From Bradymonadales bacterium (GTDB lineage Bacteria > Myxococcota_A > Bradymonadia > JAFGEP01), in the NCBI GenBank assembly GCA_016931535.1, contig JAFGEP010000114.1, positions 26,412 through 90,411 on the forward strand: a stretch of DNA of 64,000 nt. The letters run 5' to 3'. The notes below the pieces were generated by a model. It ran no database searches, was not told where the DNA came from, and saw only the letters and a program-made list of their open reading frames with translations. Every line of letters begins with the position of its first letter. The stretch's first letter is position 1. The position numbers and the translations under genes are program-made. Shown piece after piece: positions 10,315 to 19,926 of this stretch.

Positions 10315-11706
10315 TCACAAGATCCGAAACCCGGGCCGCCGGTTGCCAGTAGAGGACGGATCCTGATTCGCTTCGTTGGCGAGGCCGGTGATGACCTCAT
10401 CTGTCTCTCGGAGATCCCCTCCGACTACCTCGGAGCGGCTGCCGTCGGAGATGCCGAGTCGCACGGAGATCTGCTGGGGGATCCCGTTGGAGATCACCCA
10501 GATGGTGCGCATGCCGGGCTGGTTGTGGCTGCTCGCGGCATCGGGGCGATTGGAGCTGCCGGAATCCTCTGGATCGGTCTGCTGTAGGCCGGAGGCCAGG
10601 CTGTTGGCGGAATTGCGTCGACTGCGGGATGGCTCGCTGCTGTCGAGTCCCACACTGGGGCCGGCCGTTGCGATCCGGGGCTGCGGTATCTCCTGGGCAG
10701 CAGGACGGTTTTTGGCCCACTGCTCCAGCAGCGCCTGAGAGGGGCGGAATCGCAGGGCGGAGTTGGGGATGAGCAGGGCGTTCTCGGCGGTTGCAACCAG
10801 GAAGGTGACGTTGGCGGTCATGCCGGGCAGCAGCTTGATCTCGTCGTTGGACACGTCGATGACGGCGTTGTAGGTGACCACGTTCTGAACCGTCTGGGCT
10901 GCATTGCGGATCTGGCGGACCATTCCCTCGAACTGCTCTTCGGGGTAGGCATCCACCGTGAAGAGGGCCCGCATTCCGGCCTGCAGCCGTCCCACATCGG
11001 ACTCGGCCACCGAGGTGTCCACCTGCATCCGGCGCAGATCTTCGGCCAACACGAAGAGCGTCGGCGCCTGCAGGGAGGCGGCGACCGTCTGACCCACGTC
11101 CACGTCGCGGGAGATGACGACGCCGTCGATGGGCGAGACGATGGTCGTGTACTCGAGGTTCAGGCGTGCCTGGTCTCGCCTGGCCCGGGCTTGTCGTACA
11201 CTGGCCTGGGCCGATTGAACGCGGGCTCGGGCCACCTCGGCGCTCGCCTGGGCGGTGTCGGCTTCCGCCTGGGCGATGAGGTTGCGCTGCGCCAGGTTGG
11301 TGGACCGTTGCGCCTGCCGCTCCGCCTCGGCGACCTGGGCCTCGGCTTCGGCCAGCTGTGCCCTGGCGGCGGCGTAGTTGGCCTCTTCCTGTTGGAGTGC
11401 GGCCTCGAAAAGCTGGGTGTCGAGTCGTGCGAGGACCTGCCCTTGCTCGACCGCGGAGTTGAAGTCGGCATACAGCTCCTGGATCCGCCCCGAGACCTGG
11501 CTGCCCACATCCACGGTGACGAGGGCCGAGAGGGTTCCCGTGGCGGTGACACTCGAGGTGATCGTCCCTCGCTGGGCGGGTGTGGTGATGAGCTGCTGCT
11601 GGTCGTGCTCTGCCTTGTCGAGGAAGCGGTAGCTCAGGATCCCTCCCACCAACAGGAGCAGGATGGTGATCCAGAAGAAGAGTCGTCGTCTGGGGTGTCT
11701 GGCCAT
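10315..11706 (-). CDS. HlyD/MacA-family periplasmic adaptor (membrane fusion protein)
   Basis: N-terminal TM FFWITILLLLVGGIL, a long Ala/Gln-rich coiled coil, and the TIVSPIDGVV lipoyl/beta-barrel motifs. Confidence 0.8.
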   Translation of the reverse strand: MARHPRRRLFFWITILLLLVGGILSYRFLDKAEHDQQQLITTPAQRGTITSSVTATGTLSALVTVDVGSQVSGRIQELYADFNSAVEQGQVLARLDTQLFEAALQQEEANYAAARAQLAEAEAQVAEAERQAQRSTNLAQRNLIAQAEADTAQASAEVARARVQSAQASVRQARARRDQARLNLEYTTIVSPIDGVVISRDVDVGQTVAASLQAPTLFVLAEDLRRMQVDTSVAESDVGRLQAGMRALFTVDAYPEEQFEGMVRQIRNAAQTVQNVVTYNAVIDVSNDEIKLLPGMTANVTFLVATAENALLIPNSALRFRPSQALLEQWAKNRPAAQEIPQPRIATAGPSVGLDSSEPSRSRRNSANSLASGLQQTDPEDSGSSNRPDAASSHNQPGMRTIWVISNGIPQQISVRLGISDGSRSEVVGGDLRETDEVITGLANEANQDPSSTGNRRPGFRIL

Positions 11707-11913
11707 GGTGTGTCCCATTTCAGTTCGCTTTGGCCGGTCCTCGGTGGAAATCCGGGGGCCGAGTCAGCATATAGAAAGACACATCCAGCCCGGGACAGTG
11801 AGTTAAGTTTCGGAAAGGAAATGCAAAGTTTTGTAAAGAAGCGCACGAGGTCGCTTTACCTTCGCTCAGGGCGGTTTTACCCTGAAGTGGTGATGCGAGG
11901 ACGACAAGGGGTC

Positions 11914-12615
11914 ATGCGAAACCGCAGTCAGATACTGGTCATCGACGACGACACGGAGCTGTGTGATCTGCTCGCCGACTACCTGGGGGCGGAGGGGTTT
12001 TCGGTGGAAGCGGTCCATCGAGGCGACCAGGGGCTGGCCAGAGCCAGCTCTGGTGATCACGACCTCATCCTGCTGGACGTCATGCTGCCCGGACAGAACG
12101 GGTTCGATGTTCTTCGACGCATCCGGGAGGTTTCCCAGGTGCCGGTGGTGATGTTGACGGCGCGAGGGGAGGATGTCGACCGGATCGTCGGGTTGGAGAT
12201 CGGGGCCGATGACTACCTGCCCAAGCCGTTCAATCCGCGCGAGCTGGTGGCCAGGATCCGAGCCATAAAACGACGGGTCGAGCGGGAGGCGGGCGAGCGG
12301 TCGCACGAGGAAGGCCTGGTCCGGGTGGGGGATGTCGAGATCCGCCTGGCCACTCACACCGTCCTGTGCCAGGGGCGCGACATCGCCCTGACCAATGCGG
12401 AGTTCGATCTGCTCGCGTTGCTCCTGCGTTCGGCCGGTCGGATCGTCAGTCGAGAGGAGATCTCGGAGACCGTCCTGCAACGCCGCTTTTTCCCCACCGA
12501 CCGCGCCATCGACGTGCATATCAGCAGCCTCAGGAAGAAGCTGGGTCGCCTACCTGGCGGGGGAGACCGGATCCGGTCGGTCCGTTCGGTCGGTTACCTC
12601 TACGTGGTCGGCTGA
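11914..12615 (+). CDS. OmpR/CpxR-family two-component response regulator
   Basis: ILVIDDDTELCDLL...DLILLDVMLPGQNGFDVLRRIR...MLTARGEDVDRIVGLEIGADDYLPKPFNPRELVARI plus a winged-helix C-terminus. An alternative ATG lies at 11893. Confidence 0.85.
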   Translation: MRNRSQILVIDDDTELCDLLADYLGAEGFSVEAVHRGDQGLARASSGDHDLILLDVMLPGQNGFDVLRRIREVSQVPVVMLTARGEDVDRIVGLEIGADDYLPKPFNPRELVARIRAIKRRVEREAGERSHEEGLVRVGDVEIRLATHTVLCQGRDIALTNAEFDLLALLLRSAGRIVSREEISETVLQRRFFPTDRAIDVHISSLRKKLGRLPGGGDRIRSVRSVGYLYVVG

Positions 12616-12629
12616 CCGGGTCTCCGGAT

Positions 12630-14006
12630 ATGCGCAGCCTCTTCATCAAGCTGTTACTCTCCTTCTGGTTCGTCATGATCCTGACCGCGGTGGCCTTCAC
12701 CCTGATCTACGAGACGACCCGGCCAACCGAGTGGATCGATCGGCAACGGCAGATCACCAGCCTGGCTCTGCGCCAGTTTGGCGAGATGGCGGTGGACCGG
12801 GTGCGCCAGGATGGTCCTCAAGCCTATGCGCCCCTGGCCGAGGAGCTGCAGCGAAGCACGCGGTTCATCGCCACGCTGGTGGTTCAAGGGCAGTTTCTGG
12901 GGTTGGAGACGGAGATCTCCAAGGAGGTGGAAGATCTGGCTCGAGAGGTGCTGGAGACCGGGGTGGCGGCGGTTCGAACGACGGGCAACAGCACGATCAC
13001 TGCCGAGCCATTGTCATTTGGAACGGGGGAACCAGCGGTGATCGTGGGGGAACAGCGGTTCCCTCCAACCTGGTGGAGGTGGATCCGTCCGGAAACGCTG
13101 GAGCTACGGCTCTTGGTGGTCGTGCTCATCTCCGGGCTGGCCTCCCTGCTCCTGGCTCGCTACCTCTCGATGCCGATCCGTAAGCTCCGCAAGGCCACCC
13201 ATCGACTGGCAGCCGGCGACCTGGGAGTGCGGGTGGGACCGAGCCTAGGCAGGCGCAAGGACGAGACCGCCGATCTGGGCCGGGATTTCGACTACATGGC
13301 GGCGCGGATCGAAGAGCTGCTGGGGGCGCAACGCAGGCTGGTGCGCGACATCTCGCACGAGCTTCGATCTCCCCTGGCGCGACTGAACGTGGCACTGGAG
13401 CTGAGCCGGCGACAGGCTGGGGATCTGGCTCCCACCTCTCTCGATCGGATCGAGCGGGAATCGGAGCGTCTCAACGAGCTCATCGGACAGCTACTGACCA
13501 TCGCGCAGCTGGAGCACCAGGAGACCCGCATCGCCATGGAGCAGGTCGATCTCGACGCGCTGGTGGACGAGGTGGTCAAGGACTCCGACTTCGAGGCTCA
13601 GGGTCGTGGCCGCCGCGTCCTGTACCCCATCCGGGAGCGGGTCGAGGTGGTGGGAAACAAGGATCTGCTGCGCCGGTCGGTGGAGAACGTGGTCCGCAAC
13701 GGGATCCGCTTCACACCGGAAGGGACGGCGGTCGAGGTGGAACTGACGGCTGAAAGCGCCGACGGCGGTCCGGTCGCACGGATCGTGGTCCGGGACCAGG
13801 GACCAGGAGTCGAGCCGGAGGCGATGGGGGAGATCTTCCGCCCCTTCTATAGACTGGAAGAGGCCCGCGATCGGGTCAGCGGTGGGACCGGTCTGGGGTT
13901 GGCCATCACCGAGAGCTCCATCAGGGTGCATGGCGGCACGGTCAACGCCCGCAATCGACCGGAGGGTGGGCTGGAGGTGACCCTGGAGATTCCGCGGATG
14001 GCGTAG
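12630..14006 (+). CDS. Sensor histidine kinase (CpxA/EnvZ-like: periplasmic sensor, HAMP, HisKA, HATPase)
   Basis: Two TM segments, H-box DISHELRSPLARL, N/G boxes VRNGIRFT, RDQGPGVE, GGTGLGLAI. Confidence 0.85.
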   Translation: MRSLFIKLLLSFWFVMILTAVAFTLIYETTRPTEWIDRQRQITSLALRQFGEMAVDRVRQDGPQAYAPLAEELQRSTRFIATLVVQGQFLGLETEISKEVEDLAREVLETGVAAVRTTGNSTITAEPLSFGTGEPAVIVGEQRFPPTWWRWIRPETLELRLLVVVLISGLASLLLARYLSMPIRKLRKATHRLAAGDLGVRVGPSLGRRKDETADLGRDFDYMAARIEELLGAQRRLVRDISHELRSPLARLNVALELSRRQAGDLAPTSLDRIERESERLNELIGQLLTIAQLEHQETRIAMEQVDLDALVDEVVKDSDFEAQGRGRRVLYPIRERVEVVGNKDLLRRSVENVVRNGIRFTPEGTAVEVELTAESADGGPVARIVVRDQGPGVEPEAMGEIFRPFYRLEEARDRVSGGTGLGLAITESSIRVHGGTVNARNRPEGGLEVTLEIPRMA

Positions 14007-14272
14007 CGGGCGGAGGGGGCGATCCTAGCCGCTGGCCGAACTCTCCTCCCCCGAGACGGAGTCCGGGGGAGGTGTCGCGGAGCGACGGAGGGGGCGATCC
14101 TAGCCTCTGGCCGGGCGATCCTCCTCCCCCGAGGCAGCGCCCGGGGGAGGTGCCTGCGTAGCGGGCGGAGGGGGCGATCCTAGCCGCTGGACAAGCGATC
14201 CTCCCCCGAGGCAGCGCCCGGGGGAGGTGCCTGCGTAGCAGGCGGAGGGGGCGACTCTAGCCTTTGCTGTGT
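14004..14272. repeat. About 3.4 tandem copies of a roughly 78-bp unit, each with a perfect 9-bp GC hairpin (CCTCCCCCG-loop-CGGGGGAGG), between convergent genes; likely a bidirectional terminator/REP-like element
   Basis: Units run 14004-14080, 14081-14158, 14159-14235 and a partial 14236-14272. Each starts (t)agcgRgcggagggggcgatcctagcc. Confidence 0.8.
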
Positions 14273-14282
14273 TTTCCCCCTC

Positions 14283-16112
14283 CTACTCCTCACACAGCGT
14301 CCGTGCCGGGAAACCGCAATAGACAGGCAACCAGTCTCCACTCTCCAGCATGACCGCGCAGCGACCGCCGTACTGCTCTTCTTCCGGCTCCTCGGCCCAG
14401 GGGGTGTACTCGGGAGGGGTGCCGTCAGGCCAGAGATACTGGTCGCTGTCTGAATCGAGAGGGACCATCAGCCCGATCCAGTATCGGCCGGGCCGGATGG
14501 CCTGCGCCTGCTCGGCAAGCCACAGGTTTTCTTCTTGGGTCTCCACCTTGACCAGGTGCATTCCATCCTCGAGACAGCGGTCAGCCGCTTCCGGCCGGGG
14601 TCGGAAGCGGGTGCAGACCAGGTAGTCGTGGCCATTTCGTTCGAGACGGGTACAGTCGGGGCATTCCGGCCGGTCGTCCGGTTCCCCGTTGCAGTCCTGG
14701 TCGATGCCGTCGCAAAGCTCGGCGGCGCCGACGTGGATGTCGGGATCGTCATCGTTGCAGTCCATGTCGCAGATGTAGCCGTCGGAGTCCCGATCTGGAA
14801 TGGAGCCGTCCAGGCAGGGGGTCTGATCGAGCAGGAATCGGGTGCGATCGGAGAGGAAATCGTGGAGACCAGCGAGGCCCTCCTGGACCTCCTGGTCGGA
14901 AAACGGTTTGCGGCGATCGGCTGCGATGGGGTCGGCCAGAGATTCGGCCAGCGATTCCGCTCTGGCCGCCAGAGCGGCCTCGTCGAGCAGCTCCTGCAGT
15001 TCGAGCAGGGTCTGGTTGTACCGTTCGAGGCAGGCCAGATCGGCCATGCAGCGGCGCAAGAGGACGCTTTGACCCCGGTGGAGATCCATGGGCTGGGTGA
15101 AGGCCTGATCGGCGCCCCAGGGGATCAAGCTGAAACGGCCGTCCTCGTCTTCATGGAAGAAGTAGTTGTTGGCCGACGGCGCATAGGCATCCCAGTGGCC
15201 GCTCCAGATCTCGATGGCCATCATGCGCAAGACCTCGTCCCAATCGACGAGCTGCCCGGTGGCGGTCAGGACGTCGTCGGGAGGGGACGAGGCCAGAGCG
15301 GAGACCAGAGCGTCATAGCCGGTGTGGTCGTTTTCATCGCCCACATCCACCTCGAAGGCATCGATCCCATTTGGCCTGAGGTCTGCGCCGTACTCGCCCT
15401 CGTAGAGATGAGCGGTGGAATCGAACCAGCGAGAGAGAAAGGTGCGGTCCGGGGTTTCGACGTTGGCGTAGAGTCCATAGTCCTGGTCGTTGAGCGTGAT
15501 CTGGAGGTACCCGATCCGGGGGGCGGGCACCTCGAAGTCCCGAAACAGGCCATAGACCAGCGCCTCGCGGATCATGGTCGGGTCCTGCACCAGGTTGTTG
15601 AGGGTCAACCGCTTCAGGCCGAACAGGCGCTGGTCGTCCACGGAGAAGTCCATCAGCACCTTGAAAGCGGGCTTGTCCTCCAGGGGCCGAAAGGAACCGG
15701 CTCCACCCTTGAGGCGCAGACCGACATCGAACGGCCCCTGGGTTTCTCCATCGGGCGAGATGTAGCTCAGGGTAGCGGAGACGTACTCGCGGGGTTCCAC
15801 CTGCAGCTGCTCGAGTGCGTCGGGGTCCAAGGTCAGCTCCATTCGGCCGACGCGATCGGGATCGAAAAGCTGATCGGTGAGATCGACGCCGAGGAGGTCG
15901 CTCCCATCGGCCTGGTCTACCTCCACGGTGTCAGCGGACCGATCGGTCAGATCGGCGTCCTCGGCTTGGGGAGGGAAGCCCGAGGATCCCTGCAGGATGC
16001 AGGCCTGCAGCATCAAGAGCAAGGGCCAGACCAGCGGGTGCAAAAAGGGGGTCTTCTGGAAAATCGATTGGAAAACAGTGCATTGGAGGTCAGCCAACAT
16101 GGGTCCAGTCAT
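14283..16112 (-). CDS. CotH-kinase-family lipoprotein fused to a MopE-like Cys-rich metal-binding motif and a C-terminal C-type lectin domain
   Basis: CotH core DKPAFKVLMDFSVDDQRLFGLKRLTLNNLVQDPTMIREALVYGLFRDFEVPAPRIGYLQI. ICDMDCNDDDPDIHVGAAELCDGIDQDCNG is a myxobacterial MopE-type motif. The C-terminus WIGLMVP...YLWPDG...GRCAVM...WLPVYCG resembles a C-type lectin. Lipobox LMLQAC. Start estimated. Confidence 0.65.
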   Translation of the reverse strand: MTGPMLADLQCTVFQSIFQKTPFLHPLVWPLLLMLQACILQGSSGFPPQAEDADLTDRSADTVEVDQADGSDLLGVDLTDQLFDPDRVGRMELTLDPDALEQLQVEPREYVSATLSYISPDGETQGPFDVGLRLKGGAGSFRPLEDKPAFKVLMDFSVDDQRLFGLKRLTLNNLVQDPTMIREALVYGLFRDFEVPAPRIGYLQITLNDQDYGLYANVETPDRTFLSRWFDSTAHLYEGEYGADLRPNGIDAFEVDVGDENDHTGYDALVSALASSPPDDVLTATGQLVDWDEVLRMMAIEIWSGHWDAYAPSANNYFFHEDEDGRFSLIPWGADQAFTQPMDLHRGQSVLLRRCMADLACLERYNQTLLELQELLDEAALAARAESLAESLADPIAADRRKPFSDQEVQEGLAGLHDFLSDRTRFLLDQTPCLDGSIPDRDSDGYICDMDCNDDDPDIHVGAAELCDGIDQDCNGEPDDRPECPDCTRLERNGHDYLVCTRFRPRPEAADRCLEDGMHLVKVETQEENLWLAEQAQAIRPGRYWIGLMVPLDSDSDQYLWPDGTPPEYTPWAEEPEEEQYGGRCAVMLESGDWLPVYCGFPARTLCEE

Positions 16113-16337
16113 CCAGAAATCGAGCGGACGGTCAATATGGTACCAGAGCCCTGCACATTTTGGGCCAGTCTTTAAGGCACATCCCGCCTGAGGTCTTCCG
16201 CTCATCCGCAGGGATATGACCTGGGCGTCGCCAGGGCTCTCGACTGTGAATGCTCGTCCACACTGGATACGGTTGACAACCCCGTTGTGGCAGAGGAGAA
16301 AGAAAACCGATCCACTTCAAGACACAAGGAGGCCAAC

Positions 16338-16811
16338 ATGGCGATCCACCTGGAGAGTTCTGCGTTCGGGCATCAGGAGCGGGTTCCGGTCCGGTTCACC
16401 GGCGATGGGCCCAACCTCTCGCCTCCACTGACCTGGTCGGGGATACCGGAGAAGACCATGGAGCTGGCGCTGATCGTGGATGATCCGGACGCCCCCTCGC
16501 CGGATCCGTGGGTTCACTGGGTCATCTATGGCATTCCGGTGGGTACCGCAGCGTTGCCAGAAGGGGTGCCGAAGAAGGAGGAGCTGTTCGAGCCTGCGGG
16601 GGCGAGGCAGGGCACCAACGACTTCCGCAGAATCGGGTACAGCGGACCAGCGCCGCCCCGGGGCCATGGCACCCACCGTTACTTCTTCAAGCTGTACGCT
16701 CTCGACAAGAAGCTGGAGCTTCCGGTGGGAGTTCGCAAGCAGCGGTTGCTGGATGCCATGTCGGGCCACATCCTGGGGCAGGCCGAGCTGATCGGAACCT
16801 ACTCGAGGTAA
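16338..16811 (+). CDS. YbhB/YbcL-type PEBP-family protein (Raf kinase inhibitor-like)
   Basis: DDPDAPSPDPWVHWVIYGIP...GYSGPAPPRGHGTHRYFFKLYALD is the canonical PEBP signature. RBS caaggagg upstream. Confidence 0.85.
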   Translation: MAIHLESSAFGHQERVPVRFTGDGPNLSPPLTWSGIPEKTMELALIVDDPDAPSPDPWVHWVIYGIPVGTAALPEGVPKKEELFEPAGARQGTNDFRRIGYSGPAPPRGHGTHRYFFKLYALDKKLELPVGVRKQRLLDAMSGHILGQAELIGTYSR

Positions 16812-17010
16812 GTGGTCCAACGAGTTGGCGTCGCCCCCAGGTTGGAAGAATCCTTCCATGGGATGGCGTTACCGCTTGGAGCAAGCGGTGAGGGAGAACA
16901 GGCGCCCGCTCACGGTCGAGGCGTGCTTAGGGTTGGCGCGGCAGCCAGGTGGGAAGTAGAATCCTTTTTGTCTGTCGGCGGCGCGCATTGGCCCGAGGAA
17001 GGGAGAACAC

Positions 17011-18681
17011 ATGCTCAACTACAGATCGGTACTGGTTGCGATTCCATTCGTCTTTTGCACGCTGGCATCCGCCGCAACGGTTCAGGCAAACGGGGGGCCG
17101 GTTGGTGGAACCACGGTCACGGGGAGCGGGGGGGTAGCGCCGGTACGGCAGGAACAGATCCGCCTGGTCTCGGAGGATCTGGAGATCAGGATGAACGACG
17201 ACCTCGATACCTACCATGTCACCGCATACTACGTGCTGTCCAACCCGGGGCCGGAGACGGAGGTCCTGTTCGGGGTGCCGGTTACCTGGTCAACGACCGC
17301 CATTCACTTCGACGACCTGGAGGAGTACATGACGGTACCCGGGCCAGATATGGCCGGGTGGCGAAGGGCGCGGTACCCGCGGTGGGCCGAAGAGGCGGCC
17401 ACGGAGCTGGATCGGATCCGGGCGAACATCCAGATCCGGCTGGGAGATACGGCTTTCTCCTGCGAGATGCGGAATGACCTGCAGGCCTTGGAGAGCCAGG
17501 AGGAGGGCACGGGAGAGGAGGCTGCGCCATCGCCTGGGAATCGACCTCGTCGCCTGGATTGGGACGGTTGGCTGGACATTATTATCCCGGACGAACCCAC
17601 GGAATTTCAGCAGGACCAGATCGACCACCTGGCGGAGTACCCCATGGAGATCCAGCCGATCCGAGCCTGGTGTGTAGCGCCGATGGTGATCCCTCCTGGA
17701 GATTCGATCGAGCTGACCCTGAGCTATGACGGAGCCTTGTGGTTCTCCGATCTGCTGTGGAGCAAGGGCATCTACACCGACCATTCCCTCCGCCTCCTGA
17801 GCTACCTGTTGTTCCCTGCAGGCTACTGGGCTGGGCGGGTCGAGCGCCTGAATATCCGCGTCGACCTGGGGCCGCACAGCGACTACCTGGTGTTTTCTCC
17901 CCCCGGCAAGCAACGTGTGGACGACAGCCTGGTCTGGAGCCTCACCGATGTCGATCTCTCGGAGCTCTCCCAGCTGGTGATCACCTTTCGAACTGGACGT
18001 TTTCTCCACGTGCGGGAGATCGCCCGCTGGAACCGCACCAACCCCCATGGAACCAACTTCCGATTGCAGGCTAGCGCCACCAGCGAGCGGGCGGCCGAGC
18101 CGGATCGCGAGTTCGCTGCTGCCAACGTCATCGACGGTGATGAGCACACCGCCTGGTGCGAGGGGGTGGACGGCGCCGGGGTGGGCGAGTCGCTCACCTT
18201 GACCTTCGCTCTGCCCGAGGGTATGGCGGGATTCGATTCCTACTGCCGGGTTCACGGCATCGCCCTGGGGTACGGAGACACCCGCGACGCGACTACCTAT
18301 GGGGCCACCAACCGGGTCCGGCGGCTCACGGTCTTTCCCTGTGACCAGGAGGTCCCCTTGGGCAGCCTGGTGTTGCGCAATGAGCCGGCAACCGACCACC
18401 GCCTGGCCTTTACGGAAGGGCTCAGGTTCGTTGATGACCCGAGAGACCGCCGGGACGATGAGGAGGAGGAAGGGTCGGGATCGGTTGTGCAGACCGTGTC
18501 CCTCGATGAGCTGTTCGAACGGTTTCGGCTCCCGAGTTCCCACCGCCGATCTCAGCCAGCCGTTGCTGAGGACCAGCCCCCTCCGGAGCTCTGCCTGCGC
18601 TTCGCCATCGAGGAGGTCGTGGAGGGGACCAACGGCCACACCTGCATCTCCGAGATCATCCCCTTGGTGGGATGCCAGTGA
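17011..18681 (+). CDS. Secreted protein with a C-terminal F5/8-type C (discoidin)-like domain
   Basis: Signal MLNYRSVLVAIPFVFCTLASAATVQA. The segment AANVIDGDEHTAWCEGVDGAGVGESLTLTF resembles the discoidin DGxxxTxW motif. Confidence 0.55.
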   Translation: MLNYRSVLVAIPFVFCTLASAATVQANGGPVGGTTVTGSGGVAPVRQEQIRLVSEDLEIRMNDDLDTYHVTAYYVLSNPGPETEVLFGVPVTWSTTAIHFDDLEEYMTVPGPDMAGWRRARYPRWAEEAATELDRIRANIQIRLGDTAFSCEMRNDLQALESQEEGTGEEAAPSPGNRPRRLDWDGWLDIIIPDEPTEFQQDQIDHLAEYPMEIQPIRAWCVAPMVIPPGDSIELTLSYDGALWFSDLLWSKGIYTDHSLRLLSYLLFPAGYWAGRVERLNIRVDLGPHSDYLVFSPPGKQRVDDSLVWSLTDVDLSELSQLVITFRTGRFLHVREIARWNRTNPHGTNFRLQASATSERAAEPDREFAAANVIDGDEHTAWCEGVDGAGVGESLTLTFALPEGMAGFDSYCRVHGIALGYGDTRDATTYGATNRVRRLTVFPCDQEVPLGSLVLRNEPATDHRLAFTEGLRFVDDPRDRRDDEEEEGSGSVVQTVSLDELFERFRLPSSHRRSQPAVAEDQPPPELCLRFAIEEVVEGTNGHTCISEIIPLVGCQ

Positions 18682-18789
18682 TCGAACGTCCGTCCGCTTC
18701 CAATCAACCCGGTCTCCCACCAGAACAGGATCGAAGGTACCAACGGACACACCTGCACCCTGGAGATCGTCCCTTCGGCAAGATGCCGG
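18626..18789 (+). repeat. Imperfect roughly 52-bp direct repeat: the 3' coding end of the discoidin-protein gene (18626-18677) is duplicated in the downstream intergenic region (18737-18789)
   Basis: ggaccaacggccacacctgcatctccgagatcatccccttggtgggatgccag versus ggtaccaacggacacacctgcaccctggagatcgtcccttcggcaagatgccgg. Confidence 0.7.
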
Positions 18790-18830
18790 GGACCAGGCGA
18801 TCGTTTACTCCCCATCACCCGCTCATTGCG

Positions 18831-19907
18831 ATGGATATCAACTTGGTCACTGGCCAAGGCGGGATCCGCTTGGCACGATGGCTGCTTGCGGTGGCCATCA
18901 CCTGGACCATGCTGGGAAAGCCGATTCCCGCACGGGGAGAGCCGATATTCACCGAGGTGGCGCAAACCGTCGGATCGGAAGATCCGGAGGGGCCGGCACA
19001 ACCGCTCGGCATCGGCGTGGTCCAGCCGGACGGTTCGCTGGAGGTGTCGAACCAGCCGGTGTTCGTCAGACACGGCGATTCCATCCGGCTGGGGGTTTAC
19101 CGGTTGGGAGAGGAGGGCGGCTGCCTGTCGCCCTTCGAGGTGGTCGAGCTGTACGGACGGCGCAGGTTGTGCTCCCCCCCTGAAGAGTCGGAGGTGTCCG
19201 GCACGATCCGCTGGCTGGAATGGCGACCGATGGCGCGCGACTACGACAACAGCGAGCGCTGCAGGCCGGGATCCGATCTCGAATGTCCGCAACCCATCGA
19301 GTATCGAGCGGTCGAGCTGGTAGCGCTCCGGGATCGCTGGACGGTAGCCCTCACATCGGTTCCGACGCTATCCGGGCTTGGGACCCACCGGCTGGAGGTG
19401 CGCTGGATGGAGGCGAACCACCCGGTGATCGAGGAGCTGCGCACGCTCTCTCTCGATGAGATCACTCGGCTCTTCGAGCTGGTCTTGCGACGGGACGACA
19501 CCTATGTCGGCTATTTGACCGAGCTGTTGGGGCTCCCCTTTGTCTACTGGCCGGTGGAGATCGAGGGCGCCGGCCACCAGACCGATCTGCGGCTGGGTGC
19601 CGACTGCGTGGCGCTGGTCATCTACGGTCGGCGTCGCCTGGGAGAGCGACTCCCCTACCTGGCGCCGCCGGCGCTTCGTCGCCTGGCCTGGCGGGTTGGC
19701 GGCAGCCAGGAGGAAAAGCTGGCGATCCGACCGGGCGACATCCTTCACTTTGGCTTCCAGACCGCGGTCATCTCCCGGGACAACGAGCCCGAGGGGCAGT
19801 TGAACGAAGAGGACCTGATCATTCACACTTATCATGGCCTGGCGGAAGAGGTTCCCTTCCACCAGCTGCCATATCGCCAGCATCCCTTCGATCTGTTGCG
19901 CTGGTAA
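18831..19907 (+). CDS. Putative NlpC/P60-like papain-fold hydrolase domain protein (secreted)
   Basis: LGADCVALVIYG resembles the NlpC/P60 catalytic Cys motif (DCSGLV). The downstream RPGDILHFG...IIHTYHG resembles the PGDLvFF...HVGIY His motifs. Signal-like N-terminus after MDINLV. Confidence 0.4.
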   Translation: MDINLVTGQGGIRLARWLLAVAITWTMLGKPIPARGEPIFTEVAQTVGSEDPEGPAQPLGIGVVQPDGSLEVSNQPVFVRHGDSIRLGVYRLGEEGGCLSPFEVVELYGRRRLCSPPEESEVSGTIRWLEWRPMARDYDNSERCRPGSDLECPQPIEYRAVELVALRDRWTVALTSVPTLSGLGTHRLEVRWMEANHPVIEELRTLSLDEITRLFELVLRRDDTYVGYLTELLGLPFVYWPVEIEGAGHQTDLRLGADCVALVIYGRRRLGERLPYLAPPALRRLAWRVGGSQEEKLAIRPGDILHFGFQTAVISRDNEPEGQLNEEDLIIHTYHGLAEEVPFHQLPYRQHPFDLLRW

Positions 19908-19926
19908 TCGGGAGGTATGGACCAGT

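Noticed and set aside
14004-14272. Possible CRISPR array
   Set aside because: The whole roughly 78-bp unit repeats in tandem with no unique spacers between short repeats, and there are no cas genes. It is a tandem REP-like repeat, not a CRISPR.
16317-16891. Overlapping ORFs antisense to or out of frame with the PEBP gene
   Set aside because: The PEBP signature on the + strand is unambiguous; the others are chance frames.
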